This document shows positions 27,875 through 37,326 of a stretch of DNA of 64,000 bases, one piece after another. The stretch's first letter is position 1, and each line of letters begins with the position of its first letter. The notes under the pieces were generated by a model. The model saw only the letters and a program-made list of their open reading frames with translations. It was not told where the DNA came from and made no database searches. The stretch spans positions 22,797-86,796 of the forward strand of contig JAAZOD010000022.1 of the NCBI GenBank assembly GCA_012797975.1, read 5' to 3'. This DNA comes from Pelolinea sp. (lineage in GTDB: Bacteria; Chloroflexota; Anaerolineae; Anaerolineales; Anaerolineaceae). The translations under genes and the position numbers were made by a program.

Positions 27875-28628
27875 TCTTCCCATCCTCGAATACGACCCCG
27901 ACCCCGCTGCCATCCTCAACCCGCAGGTCGAGGCCCTGCGCGGCAAGCTCCCGCGCAAGGCGGTGATGTGCTTCTTTCAGGATGTGCTCGGCGAACAGGC
28001 AGCCCGGGGGAAGCTGACCCGCGTGGGGGCTTTGCGTTCGGAGATCGGGGAAAACCCGCTCTACCGCATGTCCTTTGCCGGTCAGGAGTTTGTCGTTCTG
28101 CATGCCGGCGACGGTGCCTCGCTAGCCGCCAGTTTCCTGGATGATCTGGTGGCGGCCGGGGTGGGACAGGTGATGGTGTGCGGGAGCTGCGGTGCGCTGG
28201 TCGAGCATATCCCGGCCGGGCATGTGCTTATCCCAACCAGCGCGGTGCGCGATGAGGGAACATCCTACCATTATCTTCCCCCTTCGCGGGAATGTGCCCC
28301 TTCTTCCACGGCGGTACGTTGTGTTCAGGATACCCTGCAAAAAGCCGGGGTCCCTTATTTGAATGTGAAAACATGGACCACGGATGCCTTTTATCGCGAG
28401 ACGGCCGCCAAACGCGAGCGGCGCATGCGTGAGGGCTGCCAGGTGGTGGAAATGGAAGCGGCGGCGTTGTTCGCCGTGGCGCAGTTCCGCAAGGTGCAAC
28501 TGGGCATGCTGCTCTACTGTGGCGACCTGGTGGTGCCACAGGGCTGGCAAGAACGCGGCTGGCATGAACGCAACGAGAGCCGCGCGCTGCTCTTCGAGCT
28601 GGCGCTGCTGGCCTGCGCGAATCTGTAG
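27864..28628 (+). CDS. nucleoside phosphorylase family protein (PNP_UDP_1)
   Basis: VVEMEAAALFAVA and GSCGAL blocks. The start is uncertain (27846 or 27864). 27864 overlaps the methyltransferase stop by 11 nt. Confidence 0.7.
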   Translation: MLPDLPILEYDPDPAAILNPQVEALRGKLPRKAVMCFFQDVLGEQAARGKLTRVGALRSEIGENPLYRMSFAGQEFVVLHAGDGASLAASFLDDLVAAGVGQVMVCGSCGALVEHIPAGHVLIPTSAVRDEGTSYHYLPPSRECAPSSTAVRCVQDTLQKAGVPYLNVKTWTTDAFYRETAAKRERRMREGCQVVEMEAAALFAVAQFRKVQLGMLLYCGDLVVPQGWQERGWHERNESRALLFELALLACANL

Positions 28629-28666
28629 CCGCGCAGGCGATTGCTGAAATCGAACAATATGGGTTG

Positions 28667-28702
28667 AAAAAAGGTCCCGCTTTTATTTGCGAGACCTTTT
28701 TG
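28667..28702. terminator. bidirectional terminator between convergent genes
   Basis: GGTCCCGC (28673-28680) pairs with GCGAGACC (28689-28696) with one mismatch. It is flanked by an A-run and a T-run. Confidence 0.55.
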
Positions 28703-28704
28703 AT

Positions 28705-30807
28705 TTACTGAAGCGGCTGGACTTTTTCCAGCAGCAGCGCCTGAACGATCGACGGCAGAGCGTTCTTCACGATGCCCATCTGCCAGTTAGGCAGGAAGTT
28801 TTGCTTGATGGGGGTGGGCGGCGTCAATTCCAGAATGGGTTTTCCGCCGTTGTAGAGCATTGCGGCGTTCTCGATCAGTTGGGCATTGGCTTCATATTTT
28901 TGCAGCCCGCCGATCACGATCGCGTCGCGGCGTGGAGTGGAATAAGTGCTCACCGCACTGGCAGAGACCAGACTGAACTGCAGAGGGGCCGTGGTCGGGT
29001 AGCGCAGGGTCATGGTCTGGTTGCCCATCGTCCAGGAACGGCCTTTCTGCACCAGTTCCACCTGCAGCCAGTTCAAGTAGTCATTGAATAGAACATCCTG
29101 GTCTGCTCCGAAAACGGTCAGGCAGCGCGAGAGGATGGCGTTGCGTAGCCAATCGAGCCGCAGGATGTCATCGTTGGGACGGATGGCGTTCCACATGGCC
29201 TGCAGCACGGAATGGACCGGGGTTTGTTCTTTCTCCGCCCACGTTACCAGCGCGCCCAGCAGGGCATTGTCCACAACTTCGTAGCGGTAGCGCCCAAAAC
29301 CGTTCACTGCCAGATGCACCTCGAACTGTTCTTCCTTGCGCGTGTTCCGTTGGAACGAGGAATAGAGCGGGTTGAGATTCAGATATTCCAGGATGATCTC
29401 ATCATAGGTCTTGCGATGGGCGGTGAGCGACTGCCAGAAGCCGCGCACCCCTTCACTCTCGGTATCGGTGCCCACGCCGGCCCACATGGCTCCGGGCACT
29501 CCTTGCTTTCCCTGATTGGTTCGTACTGCCAGGAACTCGGCCCGTTTCTCGGGGGTGCCCATGGCCAGCAGTTCGCCGATCACATCCCCCTGCATGTCCT
29601 CCGGTTTGATCACCTTGCAGGCGGTATCGGGGAAGGTGCAGATCCAGGCGCGGCGCAGGCGTGGTAGCAGGGCGGCCGCATGCGGCAGCTTGGCGGCTTC
29701 CAGCAATGCTTCATTGCAGAAACCGCGTTTGACGAGCAGCACGAAGAACCACGCTTCGCTGGTCTCATTGTTCCCTGTGCGCTGCATCAGTTCATTATAT
29801 TTGGTGGTGGTGCTCTCTGGCTTGGCGCTCAGGCCTGCCAGACTGGAAAGGATGAACGGCTGCAGATAAGGCGGTGTGTTTTTGACCAGATTTTCGGAAA
29901 AAGTGGGGGTGAAGATGACCAGCCCCTTGTTCTCCAGTTCCGCGCCGCTATTCAGCACAACGTGCATGAGGTTGAAACGATCCAGCCACACCTGGTCGAG
30001 CCAGGCGGCTTTCGCCAGAGTTTCCACCATCTCCGCGATCAGCCGGGCAAATAATCCCTCGCGTTCTTTTTGAATATGAAAAGCCAGCAGGCGTGTGTGC
30101 AGGCGCAGTTGTTCGCTGAGCTTGCCGCTGTTGGCTGGAACGCTCAATTGCGCCAGATTGCTGCGGATTTTCTTGGCTATCCGTTCGATCAGTGCATCAT
30201 CCAGTTGGATGGCTTGTCCTTCATCTGCCAGTATTTCAAGGATCAGAGTTTCCATCTTTGCTTCCCCCAGGATGGGAAGGAGGAAAGTCCATTCGGCAGG
30301 TTCCAGTTTGGTCGCTTGGTTGAGACGTTTCAGTATATCGCCCTGCAATTTGGCCGAAAGATTCTTCATCAATGGATAAGCCACTTTGCGATCGAGCGGC
30401 AGCCAGGCATCCACCAGCGCTTTCCACACCGGTCCTTTGCCGAGCGGGTTGAAGCGTTTTTTCAAACGCGCTTCGCAATCCTGCAGCTTCGCTTTCTTTT
30501 GGTTCACATCCTCCAGCTTTTTGATCTCTTCGATCTCCGCCAGCATTTCTGCGGCGAAACCCTTCTTTTCGCTGGGAACGGATTCCTCGAAGCCGGTGCG
30601 CAGTTCGGCCAGTTCCGCCTGATTTTCCTGCGGGATGGAACGCAGCAGCGGCTGCAGCATTTGCCAGTATTTTTCCGCCCGTTCGGGGGCGAAGGTGCTG
30701 CAAAACTGGCAGAGCTTCAGCAGGAAGAATGCTTTGGGCTGGTCCAGCAGCGCATTTCCTTCCAGGGTGCTGTCGACAATGTTGAATACGTGGTTCTCTT
30801 CGCTCAT
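28705..30807 (-). CDS. hypothetical 700-aa cytoplasmic, predominantly helical protein (no domain recognised)
   Basis: Long uninterrupted ORF with coding-like composition and GGAGGATACC upstream of the ATG. Terminators on both sides suggest it is monocistronic. Confidence 0.6.
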   Translation of the reverse strand: MSEENHVFNIVDSTLEGNALLDQPKAFFLLKLCQFCSTFAPERAEKYWQMLQPLLRSIPQENQAELAELRTGFEESVPSEKKGFAAEMLAEIEEIKKLEDVNQKKAKLQDCEARLKKRFNPLGKGPVWKALVDAWLPLDRKVAYPLMKNLSAKLQGDILKRLNQATKLEPAEWTFLLPILGEAKMETLILEILADEGQAIQLDDALIERIAKKIRSNLAQLSVPANSGKLSEQLRLHTRLLAFHIQKEREGLFARLIAEMVETLAKAAWLDQVWLDRFNLMHVVLNSGAELENKGLVIFTPTFSENLVKNTPPYLQPFILSSLAGLSAKPESTTTKYNELMQRTGNNETSEAWFFVLLVKRGFCNEALLEAAKLPHAAALLPRLRRAWICTFPDTACKVIKPEDMQGDVIGELLAMGTPEKRAEFLAVRTNQGKQGVPGAMWAGVGTDTESEGVRGFWQSLTAHRKTYDEIILEYLNLNPLYSSFQRNTRKEEQFEVHLAVNGFGRYRYEVVDNALLGALVTWAEKEQTPVHSVLQAMWNAIRPNDDILRLDWLRNAILSRCLTVFGADQDVLFNDYLNWLQVELVQKGRSWTMGNQTMTLRYPTTAPLQFSLVSASAVSTYSTPRRDAIVIGGLQKYEANAQLIENAAMLYNGGKPILELTPPTPIKQNFLPNWQMGIVKNALPSIVQALLLEKVQPLQ

Positions 30808-30974
30808 AGGTATCCTCCATTTTTATTAAATTCTCGCACGGCAGGGATCGATTGGGAAGCTGCAGATTATGTTGATTCTGTAGGTTAATCTTAAGAATTT
30901 GGTCGACGTCGCAGCGCCAAAAAGCTGCGAAATGCCCTCCGTGAAGATGATCTTATTATAGGGGAAAAGCGCGG

Positions 30975-31003
30975 AATAAAAAAGTGTTCCGAAGAATGGA
31001 ACG
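30975..31003 (-). terminator. weak terminator after lipA
   Basis: Minus strand has GTTCC-ATTCTTC-GGAAC followed by ACTTTTTTATT. The stem is only 5 bp. Confidence 0.4.
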
Positions 31004-31009
31004 AATTAT

Positions 31010-31939
31010 TTAACCCTTAAAATTTCTGCCTGATGACAGTTCTCTTACTTGCTCCGCGGCGTGGTAGCTGGAGCGCACCAGCGGGGCGCTCTCGACCCAG
31101 CGAAAGCCGATGCTGTAGCCGTATTCTTTCAGGCGTTGGAACTCTTCCAGCGTGTAGTAGCGCGCGATGGGCAGGTGCTGGCGGCTGGGCTGCAGGTATT
31201 GCCCGATGGTCAGGATGTCCACCTTCCACGAGCGCAGTTCGCGCATGGTCTCTTCGAGCTCTTCCCAGCTTTCGCCCAATCCCACCATGATGCCCGATTT
31301 GGTCAATCCTTCGGGGTGGAGCTGTTTGGCGCTGGTGAGCACGTACTGCGACCATTCGTGATGGTCCTGCGGCTGCACGCGGCGGTAGAGGCGCGCGACG
31401 GTTTCGACATTGTGATTGAGGATCTCGGGGCGCTCTGCCATGATCAGACGCAGTGCCTCGGGGTCGGCCCGGAAATCGGGGATGAGCACTTCCACCGAGC
31501 AGCCGGGTGTTTCTTCGTGGATGCGGCGGATGATGCGCGCGAAAATGCGCGCCCCGCCCAGAATGTCGTCATCGCGGTCCACGCTGGTGATGACGGCGTG
31601 TTTCAGTTCCATGGTTTTCACCGCCTGTGCCACACGTTCCGGCTCCTCTTCGTCCAGCGGCAGGGGAACCCCGCGCTTCACGTCGCAAAAACCGCAGCGG
31701 CGTGTGCAGATATCGCCCAGCACCAGAAAGGTGGCGGTGCCGCTGCCCCAGCATTCGCCCATATTGGGGCAGTTGGCCTCTTCGCAGACGGTGTGCAGTT
31801 CCTTGCGCTGCATCAATTCTTTCAACCAGCCGTAGGTTTCACCATTCGGCGCGCGCACCTTGATCCATTCCGGGCGGCGTACGGGCGTGGTATCGATCTT
31901 ATCAGGGTTGACCCGCTCGCGGGTTGCTTTGGATGCCAT
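31010..31939 (-). CDS. lipA: lipoyl synthase
   Basis: [13 protein letters not shown] and the radical SAM motif [10 protein letters not shown]. Confidence 0.95.
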   Translation of the reverse strand: MASKATRERVNPDKIDTTPVRRPEWIKVRAPNGETYGWLKELMQRKELHTVCEEANCPNMGECWGSGTATFLVLGDICTRRCGFCDVKRGVPLPLDEEEPERVAQAVKTMELKHAVITSVDRDDDILGGARIFARIIRRIHEETPGCSVEVLIPDFRADPEALRLIMAERPEILNHNVETVARLYRRVQPQDHHEWSQYVLTSAKQLHPEGLTKSGIMVGLGESWEELEETMRELRSWKVDILTIGQYLQPSRQHLPIARYYTLEEFQRLKEYGYSIGFRWVESAPLVRSSYHAAEQVRELSSGRNFKG

Positions 31940-32027
31940 TTTTTCTCCGCAAGCATTATACTATTTCGGACTGTTTGTGTCGAATTTACCGGTGCGATCG
32001 GTTTTCGGTTTAGAATAAGGGATAACT

Positions 32028-32696
32028 ATGCTCTATATCATCTCAACCCCCATCGGCAACCTCGGCGATATGACCCTGCGCGGGCTGGAAACGCTCAGGC
32101 AGGTCGATTACGTGGTCAGCGAAGATACCCGCAAGACCGGCCTGCTGCTCAAGCATTTCGAGATCAGCAAACCGCAGATCTCCTTTCACGCGTTCAACGA
32201 ACAAAAGACCCTGCCGCGCTTGATGAACCTGCTGAAGGAAGGCAAACATATCGGGCTGGTGAGTGATGCCGGCACCCCTGCCATCTCCGATCCCGGTTTT
32301 TCGCTGGTGCGGGCGGCCATCGAGCACAATATCCCGCTTACCGCTGTTCCCGGTCCCACCGCGCTCATCATGGCGCTGGTGCTTTCAGGGCTGGCGCTGC
32401 ATTCCTTCACCTTCCGCGGTTTCCCGCCGCGCAAGAGCGCCGCGCGCCGGCGTTTCATGGAGGTGGATAAGGATTCACCACATACCCTGGTTTTCTACGA
32501 GAGCCCCTACCGCCTGCTGGAATTTCTGGAGGATGCTATCGCAGTGTATGGTGATCGCAAGGCGGCGCTGGCCAACGATCTCACCAAAAAGTTCGAAACA
32601 GTATTGCGCGGATCGCTTTCGGAAATAAAACAGCAGCTTTCCGAAGAAAAGCTGCTGGGTGAATACACCATTGTCATTGCCGGGGCTGATTCATAA
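32028..32696 (+). CDS. rsmI: 16S rRNA (cytidine1402-2'-O)-methyltransferase
   Basis: [22 protein letters not shown]...VVSEDTR...[12 protein letters not shown], the tetrapyrrole-methylase-fold RsmI signature. Confidence 0.9.
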   Translation: MLYIISTPIGNLGDMTLRGLETLRQVDYVVSEDTRKTGLLLKHFEISKPQISFHAFNEQKTLPRLMNLLKEGKHIGLVSDAGTPAISDPGFSLVRAAIEHNIPLTAVPGPTALIMALVLSGLALHSFTFRGFPPRKSAARRRFMEVDKDSPHTLVFYESPYRLLEFLEDAIAVYGDRKAALANDLTKKFETVLRGSLSEIKQQLSEEKLLGEYTIVIAGADS

Positions 32697-33413
32697 CGGG
32701 TTGAAGCGCGTGTCGCGGTCGTAATAATCCTCGTTCTCCGCTTTCTTCAATCCGTTCACGATGCGGTAGGTGAAGGGCGTAAAGAGCGCCTCGACCGCCA
32801 CTTTGAAGATGTAATTGGTCAGCACCAAACTGGTGAAGATCTCCCACGGAAAGACCCCGAACAAGCTGGCGATGAGGGTGAAGATCAGCGAATCGACCCC
32901 TTCGCCCACCAACGTGCTGGTGATGGTGCGCAGCCACAGGAATTTTCCTTCCGTTTTTACCTTCATCACCGCCATGACCACCGAATTGCTGTATTCCCCC
33001 AGAAAATAAGCTACCAGACTGGCGATCACCAGTCCGCCGCTGCTCATGCCCCCCAGCACGGCATCATACGCGGCCTGTCCGGTGTACTGCTGCCAGGCCG
33101 CCTCGCCCGGCAGAACGCGCACCAGGCTCAGGGTGAGCGCGCACAACGCCATGGCGCCGAACCCGGTCCAGATCACGCGCCGCGATTTTTTGAATCCGTA
33201 CACTTCCACCAGCACATCCCCGAAGATGTAGCTGATCGGGAAGAGCAACGTGCCGCCGTCGAAGGCCATGCGCACCCCGCCGATCGAGAATCCCCAATCC
33301 ACGATCTTGGCGGATGAGGCGATATTGCTGGTGATCAGCACGGTCACAAAGAGCGCCATCACCAGGTCGAAAAAGCGGTAGCTGCGTTTCGGTTCACTTT
33401 TCTGTTGCATCAC
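32691..33413 (-). CDS. yhhQ: queuosine-precursor (7-deazapurine) transporter, YhhQ/VUT family
   Basis: [25 protein letters not shown] and [14 protein letters not shown] blocks of DUF165/YhhQ. Confidence 0.85.
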   Translation of the reverse strand: MMQQKSEPKRSYRFFDLVMALFVTVLITSNIASSAKIVDWGFSIGGVRMAFDGGTLLFPISYIFGDVLVEVYGFKKSRRVIWTGFGAMALCALTLSLVRVLPGEAAWQQYTGQAAYDAVLGGMSSGGLVIASLVAYFLGEYSNSVVMAVMKVKTEGKFLWLRTITSTLVGEGVDSLIFTLIASLFGVFPWEIFTSLVLTNYIFKVAVEALFTPFTYRIVNGLKKAENEDYYDRDTRFNPL

Positions 33414-33478
33414 GCGCTTAGTATAATGTATATTTAGTGCAGCGCAGTCTTCAATTCTGCCAGAAAGCCAGGAAATTC

Positions 33479-34234
33479 ATGCATCGTTTTTTTCTGCCTG
33501 CCGGGTGCATTGCCGGTGAAACCGTCACGTTTCCGGAGCCCATCGCCCACCAGATCCGCCATGTGCTGCGTTTAAAGGAAGGCATGCCGGTGCAGGTGCT
33601 GGATGGCGCGGGGACGCTACTGCAGGTGCGCCTGCAGGAAATTTCGGAGGAAGGTGTGCTTGGGCGGGTGATGGAGCGCAGCCGGCCGCAGGATGAGCCG
33701 GCGGTGAAGCTTGCGTTGTGCGTTTCGCTCACCCAGCGCGAGAAGTTCGAGTGGATACTCCAGAAAAATGTGGAGGTGGGCTCGGCCTGCGTGTTGCCCT
33801 TCATCTCACGCTATTCCCTGGCGCGGGAAAAGACGATCGAGGCCAAACGCCGCCAGCGCTGGGAAGATATCCTGCGCGAGGCTGCCGAACAGAGCGGGCG
33901 CATCCTGATCCCCACCCTGGGGGAAGTGTGCAACTTGCCGAAGCTGATCGCCTGCTGCGCGCAGGAGTACGACCTCTGCTTGGTCGCCTGGGAAGGGGAA
34001 CGCTCAACCACCCTGCAGAATGCACTGCAAACAGTGCAAAAGAAAGGGCGCGATGCCCATTCCATCGCCATCTTCATTGGCCCCGAGGGCGGTTTTGCCG
34101 CGCAGGAAATGGAAGTTTTCGAACAGGCAGGGGTGGTGCCGGTCTCGCTGGGCAAACGCATTTTGCGCATGGAAACTGCGGCCATTGTGGCGCCGGCGCT
34201 CATTTTATATGAATTGGGACAGATGGGGCTTTAA
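33479..34234 (+). CDS. rsmE: 16S rRNA (uracil1498-N3)-methyltransferase
   Basis: MHRFFLP...HVLRLKEG...QSGRILIPTL...IFIGPEGGF...LGKRILRMETA, typical of RsmE. I trimmed to the ATG at 33479. Confidence 0.85.
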   Translation: MHRFFLPAGCIAGETVTFPEPIAHQIRHVLRLKEGMPVQVLDGAGTLLQVRLQEISEEGVLGRVMERSRPQDEPAVKLALCVSLTQREKFEWILQKNVEVGSACVLPFISRYSLAREKTIEAKRRQRWEDILREAAEQSGRILIPTLGEVCNLPKLIACCAQEYDLCLVAWEGERSTTLQNALQTVQKKGRDAHSIAIFIGPEGGFAAQEMEVFEQAGVVPVSLGKRILRMETAAIVAPALILYELGQMGL

Positions 34235-35745
34235 TACAAACGCGTTGGCAGCAGATTCTTCAGGCGATCCTTGAGCGCCTTGGCACGTCCCAGCACTCTG
34301 CCGCTTTCATCTTTGACCAGCAGTGTTTCCCCCATCCAGTCCTTGCGGATGGAAATATCGAAAATGTCCTGTCTTCCCCAATAAGCTCGGCTCTGTTCTT
34401 CGTTCAAAACCACGCACCCTTGCTGGAATGAAATGCCAAAACGGGCTGCAAATTCATGGCTGATCTGGAATCCACCGGGAATGCGCTTGAAGGCGTTCAT
34501 CCCGTAGCTGGAGAAGGGCAGGCTGAAGAATTCACTGAAAAGCCGTTCCGGCGCCAGCAAAATGCCGTTTCCATTTTCCATCAGAAGGTCTTGCTGTTTT
34601 TGCAGCACGCTTTCCAGATCGAACCCGTACAGGTCCCGCATCCAGCCGCTCAGGGTTTGCTGATCTTTCGGAGAAAGCGGATTAGCCCGCTCTACCCTCT
34701 TCCCGGTCTGCGCCGGCTTGCCTCCCGTTTCGCTTGGGATGGAAGCCAGTTTGGTGAAACGCGCGCTGAAAAAGCCGGTCGTACCAAAAAGGTGCGGCCA
34801 CAGGCGTACCGCCCGCTGCATGGCTGGCGCAAAGCACTGGTTGCCGAACTGGTTCAGGGCGGGAGCGGGTTTCGGCAATCGGGCGGAACCGTCATCCAGC
34901 CGGATGCGGTCGCCGAATTCCTGCAGGGCGCGCTGCACCACCATTTCATCTTCCTCGGGTGAAAGTGTGCAGGTGGAATACACCACCTGCCCGCCGACCT
35001 TCACCGTTTGCAGGGCGCTGCGCAGCAGCAGGAACTGGCGGTTGCTCAAACTTTGTTGTTCCCCTGGGCTCACCGCGCGCAGCGGGTGCGAAGGGGTATC
35101 GTACAGATTCTGCATGCTACAGGGGGCGTCCAGCAGCACGATGTCGAAGGTTTCGGGAAGCTGGCTGCCGAAATACTCCCCGTGCAGGCAGGTGACTGCC
35201 TGGTTGATGGCGCCCCATTTGGCCAGCACCACGCGCAGGGCGGCGATGCGCCCGCTGCTGGCGTCGTTGGCGATCACCAGCCCACGGTCGGCGGTCTTGT
35301 CGATCAGATGGGTGGTCTTCCCGCCCGGCGATGCTGCCATATCCAGCACCAGCGGGGATGGTTGGCCGGAAAGATCGAAAAGCTCCACGGGCAGCATGGA
35401 CGCGCTTTCCTGAATGTAGTAATCTCCCAGCAGATGTTCGCTGGTCTTTGCGATGCTGCCGGCGGAAGCGTCGAGGTTCCATCCGCTGGGGCAGAAGGGT
35501 ACGGCAGAGAGCTGCCATCCGTAGCGTTGCTCCAGTTGATGGATGAAATCCTTCGGTTCATGCTTCAGCAGATTGATGCGGATGGCAGCCGGCAGTTCCT
35601 GATCCAGTGTTTCACATAATCGCTGGAAATCAGCGGCGCTCAACAGGGGGCGAAAATGTTCCAGCGCTGTGCTCACGGCGGAGGGAAGAGAAAGGAGTTC
35701 TGTCAAATCAGCCGGCTCCTTTCCGGATACAGAAGACGATCTCAT
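34231..35745 (-). CDS. RsmB/RsmF-family (NOL1/NOP2/Sun) RNA m5C methyltransferase, RsmF-like length
   Basis: LDMAASPGGKTTHL, IANDAS, LLDAPCS, VYSTCTLSPEEDE. The start is uncertain. Candidates are ATG 35745, or TTG 35706 with GGAG 9 nt upstream and 1 nt after the stop of the upstream gene. Confidence 0.8.
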   Translation of the reverse strand: MRSSSVSGKEPADLTELLSLPSAVSTALEHFRPLLSAADFQRLCETLDQELPAAIRINLLKHEPKDFIHQLEQRYGWQLSAVPFCPSGWNLDASAGSIAKTSEHLLGDYYIQESASMLPVELFDLSGQPSPLVLDMAASPGGKTTHLIDKTADRGLVIANDASSGRIAALRVVLAKWGAINQAVTCLHGEYFGSQLPETFDIVLLDAPCSMQNLYDTPSHPLRAVSPGEQQSLSNRQFLLLRSALQTVKVGGQVVYSTCTLSPEEDEMVVQRALQEFGDRIRLDDGSARLPKPAPALNQFGNQCFAPAMQRAVRLWPHLFGTTGFFSARFTKLASIPSETGGKPAQTGKRVERANPLSPKDQQTLSGWMRDLYGFDLESVLQKQQDLLMENGNGILLAPERLFSEFFSLPFSSYGMNAFKRIPGGFQISHEFAARFGISFQQGCVVLNEEQSRAYWGRQDIFDISIRKDWMGETLLVKDESGRVLGRAKALKDRLKNLLPTRLY

Positions 35746-36511
35746 CTTCAAATATGATCTCTTCCACAGGCCATGTTCTGCCCTGCAGGGCATCCTGCAC
35801 CAGATGGCGCATGCGTTCGCTCAGGTCGTGTGTTTTGCCGATATCACGCTTGGGCAGCGAGACCAGCAGGGTGGTCACCGGCAGCGCATCCCATAGAATG
35901 CGGTTGCTGCCTTTGCGGCGCTGATCCATGCGGTGCGCTTCCTTGAAGAAGAAAGCCGTATCCGCTTTTTGCGTGGGCGGTGATACCAGAATGTCGCGCT
36001 GTTCGGCGCGTGCGGCTTCGAAACCTGCCCTCCGGAAAAAGGCGTTCAACAGGTTCACCCGCGGTTGGTGGATGTCATAGGCCAGATAGGTGATGTTTTG
36101 ATCCAGCCCCATTTTGGGCAGGGCAAACGGGTTCAATCCGCAGGCCAGGTCCAGAATGCTCTGGGGGGTGCCGATACGTTGAAAGAGAGCGTTGTAAAAA
36201 TCGGTCAAATAGGGCAAGCGTTCGCGGGTGGAGGTGTGCGCGCTGAGCATGCGGTTGGCAAAATCCTGCAATTCCCTTTCATCTTGCATGAGTTCAAGCT
36301 CTTCCAGTGCTTTGTCATAGTCGGGGTCGCCCAGATAAAGGGCGGTGAGCTGATGTAGTTTCTGGCGCACACTTTCCTGCATGCTCTTTTCATCGCGGAA
36401 GCGCTGGCTTTCCTGTTCGATCAGATCACGGATCGTTTCAGCGGGCAGATGCAGATCGCGGTACTTGCGCGAACGCAGCACCTTCTGGATGAATTCCTCG
36501 TTGGATGACAT
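35708..36511 (-). CDS. divergent ArmA/Rmt (FmrO-family) 16S rRNA methyltransferase paralogue B
   Basis: KVLRSRKYRDL, KLHQL, HTSTRERLPYLTDFYNALF, SILDLACGLNP are conserved. The C-terminal blocks diverge (FFFKEAHRMDQ, VSLPKRDIGKTHD). I trimmed the track ORF (to 36916) to the ATG at 36511, which is 2 nt after the stop of paralogue A. Confidence 0.7.
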   Translation of the reverse strand: MSSNEEFIQKVLRSRKYRDLHLPAETIRDLIEQESQRFRDEKSMQESVRQKLHQLTALYLGDPDYDKALEELELMQDERELQDFANRMLSAHTSTRERLPYLTDFYNALFQRIGTPQSILDLACGLNPFALPKMGLDQNITYLAYDIHQPRVNLLNAFFRRAGFEAARAEQRDILVSPPTQKADTAFFFKEAHRMDQRRKGSNRILWDALPVTTLLVSLPKRDIGKTHDLSERMRHLVQDALQGRTWPVEEIIFEDEIVFCIRKGAG

Positions 36512-36513
36512 GG

Positions 36514-37326
36514 CTATTTCCTTTTCACCCGATAGACCAGCTCGCTGGCGAACAGGAATTTTTGGTGATCCCAGCCCAGTTCTGCCGTTAATCCTTCGAA
36601 TTGCTGGGAATAGTGGGCCAGCATGCCTTTCTCTTTCCCGCCGATGCTGTGCACCGGAAAACTGACCAGCAGCCAATCCGCAGAAATGCCGCTCAGAATG
36701 CGCCGGGCGCTGTCTTTGTCCGCCTGTTCCAGGCAGGGCAGGGTTTTCAACAGCAGTGCCACCTGAGCATGTTCCTGGGGAAGTTGGCGCAGCAGATTGC
36801 AGGTGCCGGCTTTGCCGCGGATGGCAAAATGGCCGAAAAAGCTTTGCAGAAAAACTGTCATGTCCTGAAAGATATCGCAGGCGCTGTAGCTCGCTCCTTT
36901 TTCCAGCGCCATCCAATCCAGCCCCAGTGGGTTGAATCCGCAGGCTAGATCGAGGATGGAGTTCACCGGCCGGATATCCTCGAACAGGGTGCGGTAAAAA
37001 TCAGCCAGGATGGGTAACCGTTCGCGGGTGGAGGAATGTTCTTGCATCAGCCGGCTGCAAAAAGCCCGGCTTTCGGCAGCGTGGATATCGGCAGGCAGGG
37101 TTTCCAGTTCTTGCATGTGGGCGGCGTACTGCGGCTGCTGGGGGAAATAAGCCCAGCCCACCTGATGCAGTTTGTTGGTGGTGGCTTTGACTGTCTCTTC
37201 GAGGGAAGCGCGCTTTTTGATTTCTGAGTTGGCGATGAAAGCCACCAGGTCGGGGTCGAGATGCTGGTACTTTTTTTTTGCCAGCACCTGCCGGATGACC
37301 TCGCCGACTGTGAAGGGGCCGCTCAT
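36514..37326 (-). CDS. ArmA/Rmt-type (FmrO-family) 16S rRNA (guanine1405-N7)-methyltransferase homologue, paralogue A
   Basis: It matches ArmA/RmtB block for block as I remember them: LAKKKYQHLDPDLV, NKLHQVGWAYF, HSSTRERLPILADFYRTLF, SILDLACGFNPLGL, LLLKTLPCLEQAD, VSFPVHSIGGKEKGM, ELVYRV. Its ATG overlaps the TGT stop (ATGA). Confidence 0.85.
   Translation of the reverse strand: MSGPFTVGEVIRQVLAKKKYQHLDPDLVAFIANSEIKKRASLEETVKATTNKLHQVGWAYFPQQPQYAAHMQELETLPADIHAAESRAFCSRLMQEHSSTRERLPILADFYRTLFEDIRPVNSILDLACGFNPLGLDWMALEKGASYSACDIFQDMTVFLQSFFGHFAIRGKAGTCNLLRQLPQEHAQVALLLKTLPCLEQADKDSARRILSGISADWLLVSFPVHSIGGKEKGMLAHYSQQFEGLTAELGWDHQKFLFASELVYRVKRK

Noticed and set aside
25950-27958. 353-aa (+, 25950-27011) and 320-aa (-, 26996-27958) ORFs
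   Set aside because: They overlap the isochorismatase and LysE genes and the DNA methyltransferase gene, respectively, in alternative or antisense frames. Pro/Arg/Gly-rich translations show they are not coding.
30908-30930. 7-bp hairpin TCGCAGC...GCTGCGA upstream of the 700-aa gene
   Set aside because: There is no U-run in either orientation, and its position is not consistent with a terminator. I cannot assign a function, so I did not report it as a feature.
31049-32266. 405-aa ORF on the plus strand
   Set aside because: It is antisense to lipA and runs across the lipA/rsmI divergent promoter region into rsmI in a different frame. Its Ala/Gly/Arg-rich composition marks it as an antisense artefact.
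33414-33478. preQ1 riboswitch upstream of yhhQ
   Set aside because: The divergent intergenic region is only about 65 nt. It contains no preQ1-I (AGAGGUUC...CUA...AAAAAACUA) or preQ1-II-like sequence on the minus strand.
36512-36916. N-terminal 135-codon extension of track ORF 35708-36916
   Set aside because: The extension overlaps paralogue A (36514-37326) in another frame and translates to an R/G/P/S-rich sequence. Homology to ArmA/Rmt begins at the internal ATG at 36511.
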